Of a stretch of DNA of 64,000 nt, positions 34,606-43,270 are shown piece after piece. This stretch comes from an uncultured Chloroflexia bacterium (GTDB lineage Bacteria > Chloroflexota > Limnocylindria > Limnocylindrales > CSP1-4). Position numbers and translations under genes: made by a program. Every line of letters begins with the position of its first letter. The first letter of the stretch is position 1. The stretch is from assembly GCA_963746075.1 (NCBI GenBank), contig CAVUZY010000007.1, forward strand, positions 335,338 to 399,337. Direction: 5' to 3'. Below the pieces are notes generated by a model. The model ran no database searches. It was not told the origin of the DNA and was given only the letters and a program-made list of their open reading frames with translations.

Positions 34606-36286
34606 ATGGCAATGGACCAGCAGCTTCTCGGATCGTGGGACCTCGCGGTCGACGGTCGCGACGGCTCCGGCCACGACCGCCACGCGACGACGGTCGGAGA
34701 GGTCGCGTTCGGCGCGTCGAGCGACGCCACCCTCGGCGGCGCGGTGGCCCGGATTGAGCGCGGCCGGGGCAGCCTCGTGGTGCCGGACCTGCCGGCGCGC
34801 GGGACCGGCGACTTCACGATCGGAATGTGGGTCAACGCCAATCCTCGCCCGACCTCGGCGCTGGGCGACCTGGCGTCCGCCTTCGACCCGGCCGGACGAC
34901 GCGGCTTCACGCTCGGTTTCCAGCATGGCGCGGTCTGCGGCAGCCACCGCAACGATCGCAACCTGTTCTTCGGGATCGATTCCGGTACAACGCCGCGCTG
35001 GTCCGATCACGGTCGCCCGTCCGAGGCGGCGGTCATGATCTACGCCCTGGTCGTTCACGACGACGCCCTGTATGCCGCGACCTGGGAAGAGTCCGAGACG
35101 AGCCCGCCGCGCGGCCACGTCTACCGCTTCGACGACGGCGCGTGGGTCGACTGCGGCTCGCCCTGGGACTGCAACGCCGTCACCCGTCTCGCCGTCCACG
35201 AGGGCCACCTGTACGCCGGCGTGTCGCGGGTGAAGAGCGGCGGCTCGGGCCGGCCCGAGTCCACCAACCCGAACCCCGGCGGTCGAATCTTGCGCTACGA
35301 AGGTGGCACCGACTGGAGCGACTGCGGTCAGGTCGAGGGCGCCGACTCGATCGCGGGGCTCGTGCCGTTCGACGGTGCCCTGTACGCCACGCCGCTCTAT
35401 TCCCAGGGCGTGTACCGGATGGGATCCGGCGGGACGTGGGACTTCGTCGGAACGCCCGGCCGCCGGCTGCTCGCCCTGGGTGTCGTCGACGGCGCCCTGT
35501 ACGGCGCGGGCAACGACCACGTCAATGTCGAGTCGGCGATCCAGCAGACGGCGGCCGGCGTCGTCGTGCCGGCGGAATCGGGGGCGGGCGGTGGCGGCGT
35601 CTTCCGCTACGACGGCGGTCAGACGTGGACGAGCTGCGGCCTGCAGCGGGACACGACGCAGGTGTATTCCATCGAGACACACGCCGGCCGGATGCACATC
35701 AGCACCTGGCCGTCGGGCCTCGTCTTCCGGCGATCGGACGACGGCTCGTGGGACGACAGCGGCCGGCTCGGCGAGGAAACCGAGGTCATGGCCCTCGTCT
35801 CCTACAACGGCATGCTCTACGCCGGGACGCTGCCCCATGCCGAGGTCCACCGGCTCGACCATGACGGGTCGTGGACGAACCTGCGGTCCCTCGACCAGAC
35901 GCCGGACGTGCTCTACCGGCGGGCCCACGCGATGGGTGTCTACCGCGGCGAGCTGTTCTGCGGGACCCTGCCCGGGTGGGCGCGTCTTCTCGATGCAGAC
36001 GGGCCTCGCCACGTCCTTTGATCGAGCCCTCGCTCCCGGCTGGCGACACGTGGCCGCGGTCCGCGCTGGCGACCGCGTCAGCCTCTTTGCCGATGGCGCG
36101 CTCGTCGGCTCGCGCTCAGCCGTCGACGGCCAGGGCAGCGCGCTGGACCTCGGATCGGGGGCCGTGCTGCGCCTCGGCGGCGGACCGCACGCCGGCCTCG
36201 ACGGCGAGCTGGCCCGGGTCCGCCTTCACGGCCGGGCGCTCGAGCCCGCCGAGATCGCGGCCTGGGCCGGCCGGACGGCGAGCTGA
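34606..36286 (+). pseudogene. LamG (concanavalin-like) domain split by a 7-bladed propeller-like insert; frame interrupted ~35977
   Basis: N-part LLGSWDL...DFTIGMWVNA. Seven xLYAx blades (DALYAA, GHLYAG, GALYAT, GALYGA, GRMHIS, GMLYAG, GELFCG). C-part, in the frame of ORF 35303..36286, reads WRHVAAVRAGDRVSLFADGALVG...LDGELARVRLHGRALEPAEI. Confidence 0.7.
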
Positions 36287-36291
36287 CGGTT

Positions 36292-36312
36292 GGTCCGGCC
36301 GGGCGCCGGACC
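36292..36312 (+). terminator. 8-bp stem / 5-nt loop GC hairpin just after the LamG-gene stop
   Basis: GGTCCGGC-CGGGC-GCCGGACC. Confidence 0.35.
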
Positions 36313-36333
36313 GCGCGCAACGCGAACGACGAG

Positions 36334-36367
36334 TGCCCGGCCCCCGGGAAGAGTCAGGGGCCGGGCA
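36334..36367. terminator. 11-bp stem / 12-nt loop hairpin between convergent genes
   Basis: TGCCCGGCCCC-CGGGAAGAGTCA-GGGGCCGGGCA. Confidence 0.4.
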
Positions 36368-36486
36368 TCGCGCGTGCTCGGGCCTGGGGTCCCCGAGCGG
36401 GTGTCTACGGAGGCAGGTGGCCGTTCTTGGCCAGGATCTCGTTCGTCTCGGCCGCCCAGGTGTCGAGCAGTGGCGACGCGGGGCGG

Positions 36487-37557
36487 TCAGCTGGTGCGCA
36501 CTGCCTGCATTGCGCCTCCCTCCAGGGCGACGGCCCGGCCCGTCCGATCCGATTCGTAGGCGGCATTGACGACCGCGACGGCCCGTCGGGCGTCCTCGCC
36601 GCTGACCGACGGCTGGCGGCCCGTCCGGATCGCGTCGACGAAGTCGGCGTACTGGCGCATGTGGCCGATCGAGTCGGTGCCCCAGGTCGCGGCGGCGAGC
36701 GTGCTCGGGTCGACTTCGGGCACGAGGGCCTCCGGCGCGGGCGCCGGAATGCCGGGCACGACCCACGCGACGGGCTCCTCGCCGACGATCCGGATGTGTC
36801 CGGCGGCGCCGTAGATCCGAAGCTCCTGATCGAAGCCCGGCGTGGCGCAGGTCGTGGCCACGATCTCTCCCAGCCCACCGCCCGCGAACCGAAGGGACAC
36901 GGTGGCGGTGTCCTCGGCTTCCATCTCGTGGCCAACGGTCGCGATGTGGGCCGCCACGGACGCCACGGGGCCGCCGAACCAGCAGACAAGATCGATTTCG
37001 TGGATTGCCTGGTTCATCAGCACACCGCCGTCGAGCGCGCGCGTTCCGCGCCAGGCTGCGCTGTCGTAGTAGGACTGCGGCCGGTAGTTCAGGCTCTCGG
37101 CGATGATCAGCGAGATCGGGCCGAGCGCGCCGCTCTGGATGGCCGCCCGCGCCGCGCTGACAGCCGGCTCGAAGCGGCGCTGCGAGACCGCCGAGATCAG
37201 GCGATCCGCACGTCGACCCTCAGCAATCAGGGCATCGGCATCGGCGACGGTCAGGGCCAGGGGCTTCTCGACGATGACGTGCTTGCCATGGCGCAGGGCC
37301 GCGAGCGCGACCTCGGCGTGGAAGCCGGACGGCGTGGTCACGGCGACAGCGTCGATGTCATCGCGGGCGAGCAGCTCGTCGACGGTCGCGGTCCACTCGA
37401 CGCCCCATCGTTCCGCCGCGCTGCGAGCCTTCTCGGCGGACGCGCTCGTGACGGCCACGAGGCTGGCGCCATCGGTGGCACGCATCGCTTCGATGTGTTG
37501 GGTCGAGATCCCACCGGTGCCGACGAGGCCGAACCGCACGATCGGGTCGGCGGTCAT
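36487..37557 (-). CDS. Gfo/Idh/MocA-family NAD(P)-dependent oxidoreductase
   Basis: 356 aa. N-terminal Rossmann fold FGLVGTGGIS and the EKP motif in HVIVEKPLA. Confidence 0.88.
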   Translation of the reverse strand: MTADPIVRFGLVGTGGISTQHIEAMRATDGASLVAVTSASAEKARSAAERWGVEWTATVDELLARDDIDAVAVTTPSGFHAEVALAALRHGKHVIVEKPLALTVADADALIAEGRRADRLISAVSQRRFEPAVSAARAAIQSGALGPISLIIAESLNYRPQSYYDSAAWRGTRALDGGVLMNQAIHEIDLVCWFGGPVASVAAHIATVGHEMEAEDTATVSLRFAGGGLGEIVATTCATPGFDQELRIYGAAGHIRIVGEEPVAWVVPGIPAPAPEALVPEVDPSTLAAATWGTDSIGHMRQYADFVDAIRTGRQPSVSGEDARRAVAVVNAAYESDRTGRAVALEGGAMQAVRTS

Positions 37558-37632
37558 GGTCGCCCCGAGTGGTCTGGGCCGGTGAGACGGCGTCGCGACT
37601 GCATCGATCCCTCGCTCTCGTCCTGTCCGGCG

Positions 37633-38415
37633 TCAGACATCCGGCGTTCCGACAATGGACGTCACGACCGCCGGCGCGGCGGTCGCCGGAATGGTTGCGC
37701 TCGGCCAGCTACCCGGCTGGAATGCCTCGACTTTCGAGCGCCGCGATCGGCTTGGCTGGCGGGCCGCCATCTGGCTCATGAGGATCTGTCCCGCCTCGAT
37801 CACGTGCCCGCGGACGGCCTGCTCGAGCTCGGCCGGCCGGCCGGCCCGAATGGCCGCGACGATCGGGGCGTGCTGACGGACGACCGCCGGCCCATCCGAG
37901 GCGTAAATCTCGGCCAGGAGGACGAGCCGCCGCGACAGCACCTGGAGCGCTTCGAGCCGGCTCAGCAGCATCTGGTGGTCGCACCGGATGAACACGGCGC
38001 GGTGGAAGCCGATGTCGGCATCGGCGACCAGGACCGGGTCACCGCTCCGCACGGCGCCCTTCAGCAGCTCGAATGCGTCCTCCACCTCCTGGAGGAGCAC
38101 CTTCCGATCCTCCGTCGCCTCGAGGGCGAGGCGGGCGCCATACGGTTCGAGGATCGCCCGCAGGCTCGTGATCTCCCACGTCGCCCGAACCGACAGCTGC
38201 GAGACGAAGACGCCGCGGTGGGGGATGATCTCGACGAGGCCTCCCGCCGCCAGCGTCCGGAGCGCTTCCCGGACGGTGCCCCGCGAAGTGTCGAGCTCGC
38301 GGGCGAGAGCGATCTCCGGGAGGTTCGAACCCGGTGGGTAGTCGCCCCGCACGATTGCGTCGCTGATGTGCCGGGCGACGGCACCGGTCAACGTTTCCGG
38401 CCTGCGGAGCGTCAT
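37633..38415 (-). CDS. GntR-family (FadR/FCD-type) transcriptional regulator
   Basis: LPEIALARELDTSRGTVREALRTLAAGGLVEIIPHRGVFV is the winged HTH, followed by a helical FCD-like C-terminal domain. Confidence 0.88.
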   Translation of the reverse strand: MTLRRPETLTGAVARHISDAIVRGDYPPGSNLPEIALARELDTSRGTVREALRTLAAGGLVEIIPHRGVFVSQLSVRATWEITSLRAILEPYGARLALEATEDRKVLLQEVEDAFELLKGAVRSGDPVLVADADIGFHRAVFIRCDHQMLLSRLEALQVLSRRLVLLAEIYASDGPAVVRQHAPIVAAIRAGRPAELEQAVRGHVIEAGQILMSQMAARQPSRSRRSKVEAFQPGSWPSATIPATAAPAVVTSIVGTPDV

Positions 38416-38441
38416 GCGAATGGACTCCGATCACGCTAAGT

Positions 38442-38465
38442 TGTCCGACAATAGATGACCGGACA
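38442..38465 (-). promoter_or_regulatory. Operator-like 24-bp dyad (site A), 27 nt upstream of the GntR gene start
   Basis: Read on the minus strand: TGTCCGGTCATCTATTGTCGGACA (TGTCCG...CGGACA inverted arms). Confidence 0.5.
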
Positions 38466-38552
38466 GAGGAAGGCAACCCCCGATGATCCAGAGAGTGTCG
38501 CAGGTGGGACCGCCGCCTGCGCATCCGTTGTTGACGTGTCTTGCAGGCGTGA

Positions 38553-38576
38553 TGTCCGATGGTCTATTGTCCGGCA
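38553..38576 (+). promoter_or_regulatory. Operator-like 24-bp dyad (site B) upstream of the ABC transporter operon
   Basis: TGTCCGATGGTCTATTGTCCGGCA. It overlaps a weak TTGCAG-N16-TCTATT promoter-like element. Confidence 0.45.
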
Positions 38577-38790
38577 GTCAACACTGGGGTGGGGCCGCCA
38601 GAGGAGTGCTCAGGGGTCGAGTCTCGCCACCGGGAGGTCGCCTCAAGCCGCACGACCGCCCGTCGAAGCAGCCCTGGTCGCCTGATCGGCGCCGCGCCGG
38701 TCTCCCGGCGGTTTCCGGACAGAAGCAACCAGAGCCTGTTCGTCCGGTGATTCACCGGTGCGGCTGTTGACCAGGCGGAGGAGGAGCAGC

Positions 38791-40179
38791 ATGACGACCC
38801 ACTCCCGGTGGCTCAAGCCACTCGGCGCCATCGCGGCGATCGCGATCATCGTCGGCGCCTGCGGAAACGCCGCGACGCCGACCCCTGCCGCTTCGAGCGG
38901 AACGACGCCCAGCACGGCGGCGACCGCCGGAACGAGCGCCGCGCCCTCCGCCGTCGCAAACGCGTGCGGCGACGCTGCCGTGACGTTGAACGTGTGGGGC
39001 GGCTATCCCGAGCTCGATCCGGTGTACACGAAGGCCGGAGCGGCGTACAAGGCCCTCCATCCGAACGTCGACTTCACGGTCTTCAGCACGGACCTCCGCG
39101 GCTTCGAGCAGAAGCTCACGACCGCGCTGCCGTCGAAGACCGCCGGTGACGTCATCGTGCGAACCACGAACTTCCTCGCCCGGTTCATCGACCAGGACCT
39201 GATCGCGCCACCGCCCGACGATCTGAAGACGTTCGTGAAGAGCGGCTCGTTCGTGCAGGCCGTCGTCGATGACGCGACCTACAAGAACGAGGTCTGGGGC
39301 GTGCCGATCTTCAACGGCGGAACCGCTCTGTTCTACAACACCGACATGCTGGCCGAGGCCGGTCTGTCCGGGCCTCCGACCTCGATGGACATGATCATCG
39401 ACTACGCGAAGAAGCTCGCGAAGGTCGATGCCAGCGGCAACGTCGAGCGCGCCGGCCTCAGCCTTCGCCTCAGCGGCCAGGGCAGCGGCGTGGCCGAGAA
39501 GTTCTGGATCCTGCTCCTTCAGTACGGCAAGACCATCGTCGCCCAGACTGCCGACGGCAAATGGGCCGCGGAGTACAACGGTCCCGAGGGCCAGAAGCTC
39601 CTCGGCATGTACATGGACTTCCTCAAGAACAAGGTCGACTCGCCGAACATCGAGCACGATGCCAAGGCGTTCGAGACCAAGGCAGCCGCGATGTTCGCCC
39701 GCGAGTCGTGGGTCGTGGCCGACATCGCCCTCAACGCGCCCGACCTCGTCGGCCACTACGGCACCGTCTCGCTGCCGGTCGGCGACCTCGGCGGCGGTGA
39801 GTACGCCCACGTTCCGAAGGCGTCGCCGAACCAGGCGTGCGCCTGGGACTTCGTCAAGTTCCTGACGGACCAGGAGCAGCAGCTCGACCTCGTCACGACC
39901 GCCGGCTGGCTGCCGGCCCGGGCCGATCTCGACCTGACTGCATTCCTTGCCGCCAATCCCGGCTACGAGGGCTTCCTGAAGAAGCCGGCCGGCCTGAAGA
40001 CGACGCTCGCCCCGGCGATCCCCGAGTGGGACGAGATCGAGACCAAGCTGGCGACCCACCTCGTGGACGCCTACGCCGACTACGAGAACATCGCCGGCAA
40101 CGCCGACAAGATCAAGTCGCTGCTTGACACGTGGGCTGCCGAGACGAACGACATCCTCAAGGCCAACGGCCACCAGTAG
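38791..40179 (+). CDS. ABC transporter extracellular solute-binding lipoprotein (sugar family 1)
   Basis: GGAGGAGGAG Shine-Dalgarno before ATG 38791. Lipobox IIVGAC. The remaining ~440 aa looks like a carbohydrate SBP. Confidence 0.85.
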   Translation: MTTHSRWLKPLGAIAAIAIIVGACGNAATPTPAASSGTTPSTAATAGTSAAPSAVANACGDAAVTLNVWGGYPELDPVYTKAGAAYKALHPNVDFTVFSTDLRGFEQKLTTALPSKTAGDVIVRTTNFLARFIDQDLIAPPPDDLKTFVKSGSFVQAVVDDATYKNEVWGVPIFNGGTALFYNTDMLAEAGLSGPPTSMDMIIDYAKKLAKVDASGNVERAGLSLRLSGQGSGVAEKFWILLLQYGKTIVAQTADGKWAAEYNGPEGQKLLGMYMDFLKNKVDSPNIEHDAKAFETKAAAMFARESWVVADIALNAPDLVGHYGTVSLPVGDLGGGEYAHVPKASPNQACAWDFVKFLTDQEQQLDLVTTAGWLPARADLDLTAFLAANPGYEGFLKKPAGLKTTLAPAIPEWDEIETKLATHLVDAYADYENIAGNADKIKSLLDTWAAETNDILKANGHQ

Positions 40180-40265
40180 TCCATCGGTTGTGCGGGCGGG
40201 CGTCGCGGGGAGACCTGCGGCGCCCGACCCGTGACCCGGAGCAGGTTGACCGACCCGGAGATCGA

Positions 40266-41186
40266 TTGATCAGTCCGCTGGCCGCCGCCCGCCGCATCCC
40301 GCACCGGACCTGGCTTCGCTACCGGTTCGTGTTCCTCGTGCTCGCCCCGATCCTGGCCCTGTTCGTCTACCTCCGCGTCATCCCGACCGGGCAGGCGATC
40401 GTCATGAGCCTGTTCGACTGGGAGCTGATCGCCCCGGCCAAGGACTTCGTCGGCCTCGACAACTACGCCCGGCTGTTGAGCGACAACAACTTCCGCCTCG
40501 CGATGACGAACACCGCGATCTTCGCGGTCGCGACGACGATCATCTCGGTCCTGCTCGCGCTGGGCCTCGCCGCGATCCTGTCGCGGACGGTCAGCGGCCG
40601 GCTCGGCGGGGCGATCGAGCTCCTGTACTTCGCGCCGGTGCTCGTCTCGATGGTCCCGGTCACCCTGGGCTGGCGCGAGATCTTCAACTACCAGCACGGC
40701 GTCCTGAACCAGGCGCTGGGCGCCTTCGGGATCGGCAAGCAGGCCTGGCTCAGTGATCCGGGGCTGACCCTCGTCGCAGTGATCATCCTGTCCGTCTGGA
40801 AGCAGCTCGGCTACAACCTGATCATCCTGATCGTCGGCATGCGGGCGATCCCGCGCGTCTACAACGAGGCCGCCGCCGTCGACGGTGCCGGTGCGTGGCA
40901 GCAATTCCGCCACATCACCCTGCCGCTGCTCGCCCCGGTCACGCTGTTCGTCGTCGTGATCACGACGATCACCGCCTTCAACGTCTTCACCCAGGTGTAC
41001 GTCCTGGCGTCGGACGTTCAGGGCGCGCCGGGCAAGCTGGTGCGGGTCCTCGTCTACGACATCTTCGAGAACGGATTCCGGTTCTTCAACATGGGCTATG
41101 CCGCGGCGGAGGCGGTCTATCTTCTGCTGATCATCCTGGTCCTCTCGATCATCCAGTTCCGGTTCCTGCGGGGGGCACAGACGTGA
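40266..41186 (+). CDS. Sugar ABC transporter permease (MalF/UgpA-like)
   Basis: Six TM helices. EAA-type loop AAAVDGAGAWQQFRHITLPLL. TTG start is approximate. Confidence 0.85.
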   Translation: MISPLAAARRIPHRTWLRYRFVFLVLAPILALFVYLRVIPTGQAIVMSLFDWELIAPAKDFVGLDNYARLLSDNNFRLAMTNTAIFAVATTIISVLLALGLAAILSRTVSGRLGGAIELLYFAPVLVSMVPVTLGWREIFNYQHGVLNQALGAFGIGKQAWLSDPGLTLVAVIILSVWKQLGYNLIILIVGMRAIPRVYNEAAAVDGAGAWQQFRHITLPLLAPVTLFVVVITTITAFNVFTQVYVLASDVQGAPGKLVRVLVYDIFENGFRFFNMGYAAAEAVYLLLIILVLSIIQFRFLRGAQT

Positions 41187-42028
41187 CAGTGAGCGCTTCC
41201 AGGATCGTCGGGTGGTTCGGCCACTGGCTGCTCGTCCTGCTCCTGATCGGGGGCGGGCTGATCATGATCTTTCCGCTGTTCTGGCTGTTCAGCACCTCGT
41301 TCCGGCCGGCCCCGGAGCTGCTGATCGTTCCGCCCCAGCTCCTCCCCGTGAAATGGACGATCGCCAACTACATCACGGTGTTCCAGCGCGCGCCGATGCT
41401 CCAGTACTTCTGGAACAGCCTGTGGTTCGCCACCCTCTCGACCGCATTCATCGTCCTGACGTCGACCGCGGCGGGTTACATCTTCGGCAAATTCCGCTTT
41501 CCGGGGAACGGCTTCCTGTTCGCCCTGATCCTTGCCACGGCCATCGTCCCGTTCGAGGTGTACATGGTCCCGCTGTTCCTCCAGATGAACAGCCTCCACC
41601 TCGTGAACACCGGGATCGGCCTGCTGCTCCCGTTCCTGATCCTCAGCTACGGGATCTTCTTCATGCGCCAGAACACGATCACGAGCGTGCCCGACGAGCT
41701 GCTCGACGCAGCCCGCATCGACGGCATGTCGGAGTGGGGCGTCATGCTCCGGCTCGTGCCGCGCCTGCTGGCGCCGGCCATCAGCGCCCTCGCGATCCTG
41801 GCATTCATCCAGGCCTGGACGGCGTTCATCTGGCCGCTGCTCATCCTCAACGAGCCGAAGAACTTCCCGATGGAGCTGGGCCTGTCCCAGTTCGCGAACA
41901 GCCTGTCCGTCAACTTCGGCGTCACAAGCGCCGGAGCGGTGATCGCGATGCTCCCCTCCCTGCTCGTATTCCTTATCCTCCGCCGGCGGATCGTCGACGG
42001 GATCACGCTGACCGGGCTGAAGGGCTAG
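41183..42028 (+). CDS. Sugar ABC transporter permease (MalG/UgpE-like)
   Basis: GTGA overlap with the upstream permease gene. EAA loop DAARIDGMSEWGVMLRLVPRLL. Confidence 0.88.
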   Translation: MTVSASRIVGWFGHWLLVLLLIGGGLIMIFPLFWLFSTSFRPAPELLIVPPQLLPVKWTIANYITVFQRAPMLQYFWNSLWFATLSTAFIVLTSTAAGYIFGKFRFPGNGFLFALILATAIVPFEVYMVPLFLQMNSLHLVNTGIGLLLPFLILSYGIFFMRQNTITSVPDELLDAARIDGMSEWGVMLRLVPRLLAPAISALAILAFIQAWTAFIWPLLILNEPKNFPMELGLSQFANSLSVNFGVTSAGAVIAMLPSLLVFLILRRRIVDGITLTGLKG

Positions 42029-42035
42029 GGCATCG

Positions 42036-43250
42036 ATGGCAACCCAGGCGCGCCCGGTCGTCGGGGGGACGACCGAGCGCCCGGGTGACGAGCTGATCGT
42101 CGAGGGCCGCCTCGTCGAGGGCGGCGCCGCCGTCCGGATCACGGTGCGGGACGGGATCGTCGCGGCGATGGACCGGATCGACGCGGCGCCCGGCGACCGC
42201 TGGATCGGGCCCGGCTGGATCGACCTCCAGATCAACGGCTTCGACGGCCACGACCCGAACGGCGCCGATGCGTCGCCCGACGTCGTCGAGGCGATGGTCC
42301 GCTCGATGTGGCGGACCGGGGTCGCGGCAGCGGCGATCACGATCTGCACGGAGTCGGAGCAGCGAATGATCGCCTCGCTGCGTGCCGTCGCCGGAGCGTG
42401 CGAGCGGGATGCGCTCATCGCCGCGTCGGTCGTGGGCATCCACGTCGAGGGGCCGCACATCGCTCGCGAGGATGGCCCGCGCGGCGCGCACCCGCTCGAG
42501 TTCATCCGCCCGCCGGACATCGCGGAGTACCGCAGCTGGCAGGACGCGGCCGGCGGCCGCATCCGGATCGTCACCGTGTCCCCGGAGTACGACGAGGCGA
42601 TCCCGTACATCCGGGCCATCGTTGCCGATGGGGTCGTCGCGTCGATCGGCCACACAGCCGCGACCGGCGACCAGATCCGGGCGGCGGTCGATGCCGGGGC
42701 TCGCTGGTCGACGCACCTCGGCAACGGGGCGCACGCCATGCTGCCGCGCCACCCGAACTACGTCTGGGACCAGCTGTCCGAGGATCGCCTCAGCGCCGGG
42801 TTCATCTTCGACGGCCACCACTTGCCGGCGTCGGTGATGCGCCCGTTCGTGCGAGCCAAGGGGGTCGAGCGGACGATCCTCGTCAGCGACGCGGTCTCGT
42901 TCGCCGGGCTTCCACCGGGAATCTACGACGCGTTCAGCGGGGCCCAGGTCGAGCTGACGGCCGGGGGCCGGCTCCAGCTGTACGGCACGCCCTACCTGGC
43001 CGGAGCCGTGGCGGCGCTGCCGGTGTGCGTCGCGAATGCCGTACGTCACGCCGGTGTGACGCTCAGCGACGCCGTCCGGATGGTCACGGCCAACCCGGCC
43101 CGTCTGCTCGGCCTGCCGGCCACCGACGGCCGCGAGATCGTTCGAGTGGGCGCTGCCGCCAATCTGACCGTCTTCCGCCAGTCCGCCGCCACCCTCGAGA
43201 TCGAGATCGCCCAGACGGTTGTCGCGGGCCACCAGGTCTTCGTCGCCTGA
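42036..43250 (+). CDS. nagA: N-acetylglucosamine-6-phosphate deacetylase family amidohydrolase
   Basis: WIDLQINGFDG, GIHVEGPHI, SIGHTAA, STHLGNG and FDGHH are the metal and substrate motifs of NagA. Confidence 0.85.
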   Translation: MATQARPVVGGTTERPGDELIVEGRLVEGGAAVRITVRDGIVAAMDRIDAAPGDRWIGPGWIDLQINGFDGHDPNGADASPDVVEAMVRSMWRTGVAAAAITICTESEQRMIASLRAVAGACERDALIAASVVGIHVEGPHIAREDGPRGAHPLEFIRPPDIAEYRSWQDAAGGRIRIVTVSPEYDEAIPYIRAIVADGVVASIGHTAATGDQIRAAVDAGARWSTHLGNGAHAMLPRHPNYVWDQLSEDRLSAGFIFDGHHLPASVMRPFVRAKGVERTILVSDAVSFAGLPPGIYDAFSGAQVELTAGGRLQLYGTPYLAGAVAALPVCVANAVRHAGVTLSDAVRMVTANPARLLGLPATDGREIVRVGAAANLTVFRQSAATLEIEIAQTVVAGHQVFVA

Positions 43251-43270
43251 ACCTGGTCGCGCCGCCCCAG

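Noticed and set aside
37624-37661. Possible fourth copy of the TGTCCG dyad at the GntR gene 3' end and Gfo gene leader (…TGTCCGGCGTCAGACATCCGGCGTTCCGACAATGGACG)
   Set aside because: Only one half-site (TCCGACAAT) matches well, the second arm is poor, and most of it lies inside coding sequence.
36427-38439. 670-aa plus-strand ORF
   Set aside because: It is antisense to both the Gfo/Idh/MocA and GntR genes, and its composition is Arg/Gly/Asp-rich.
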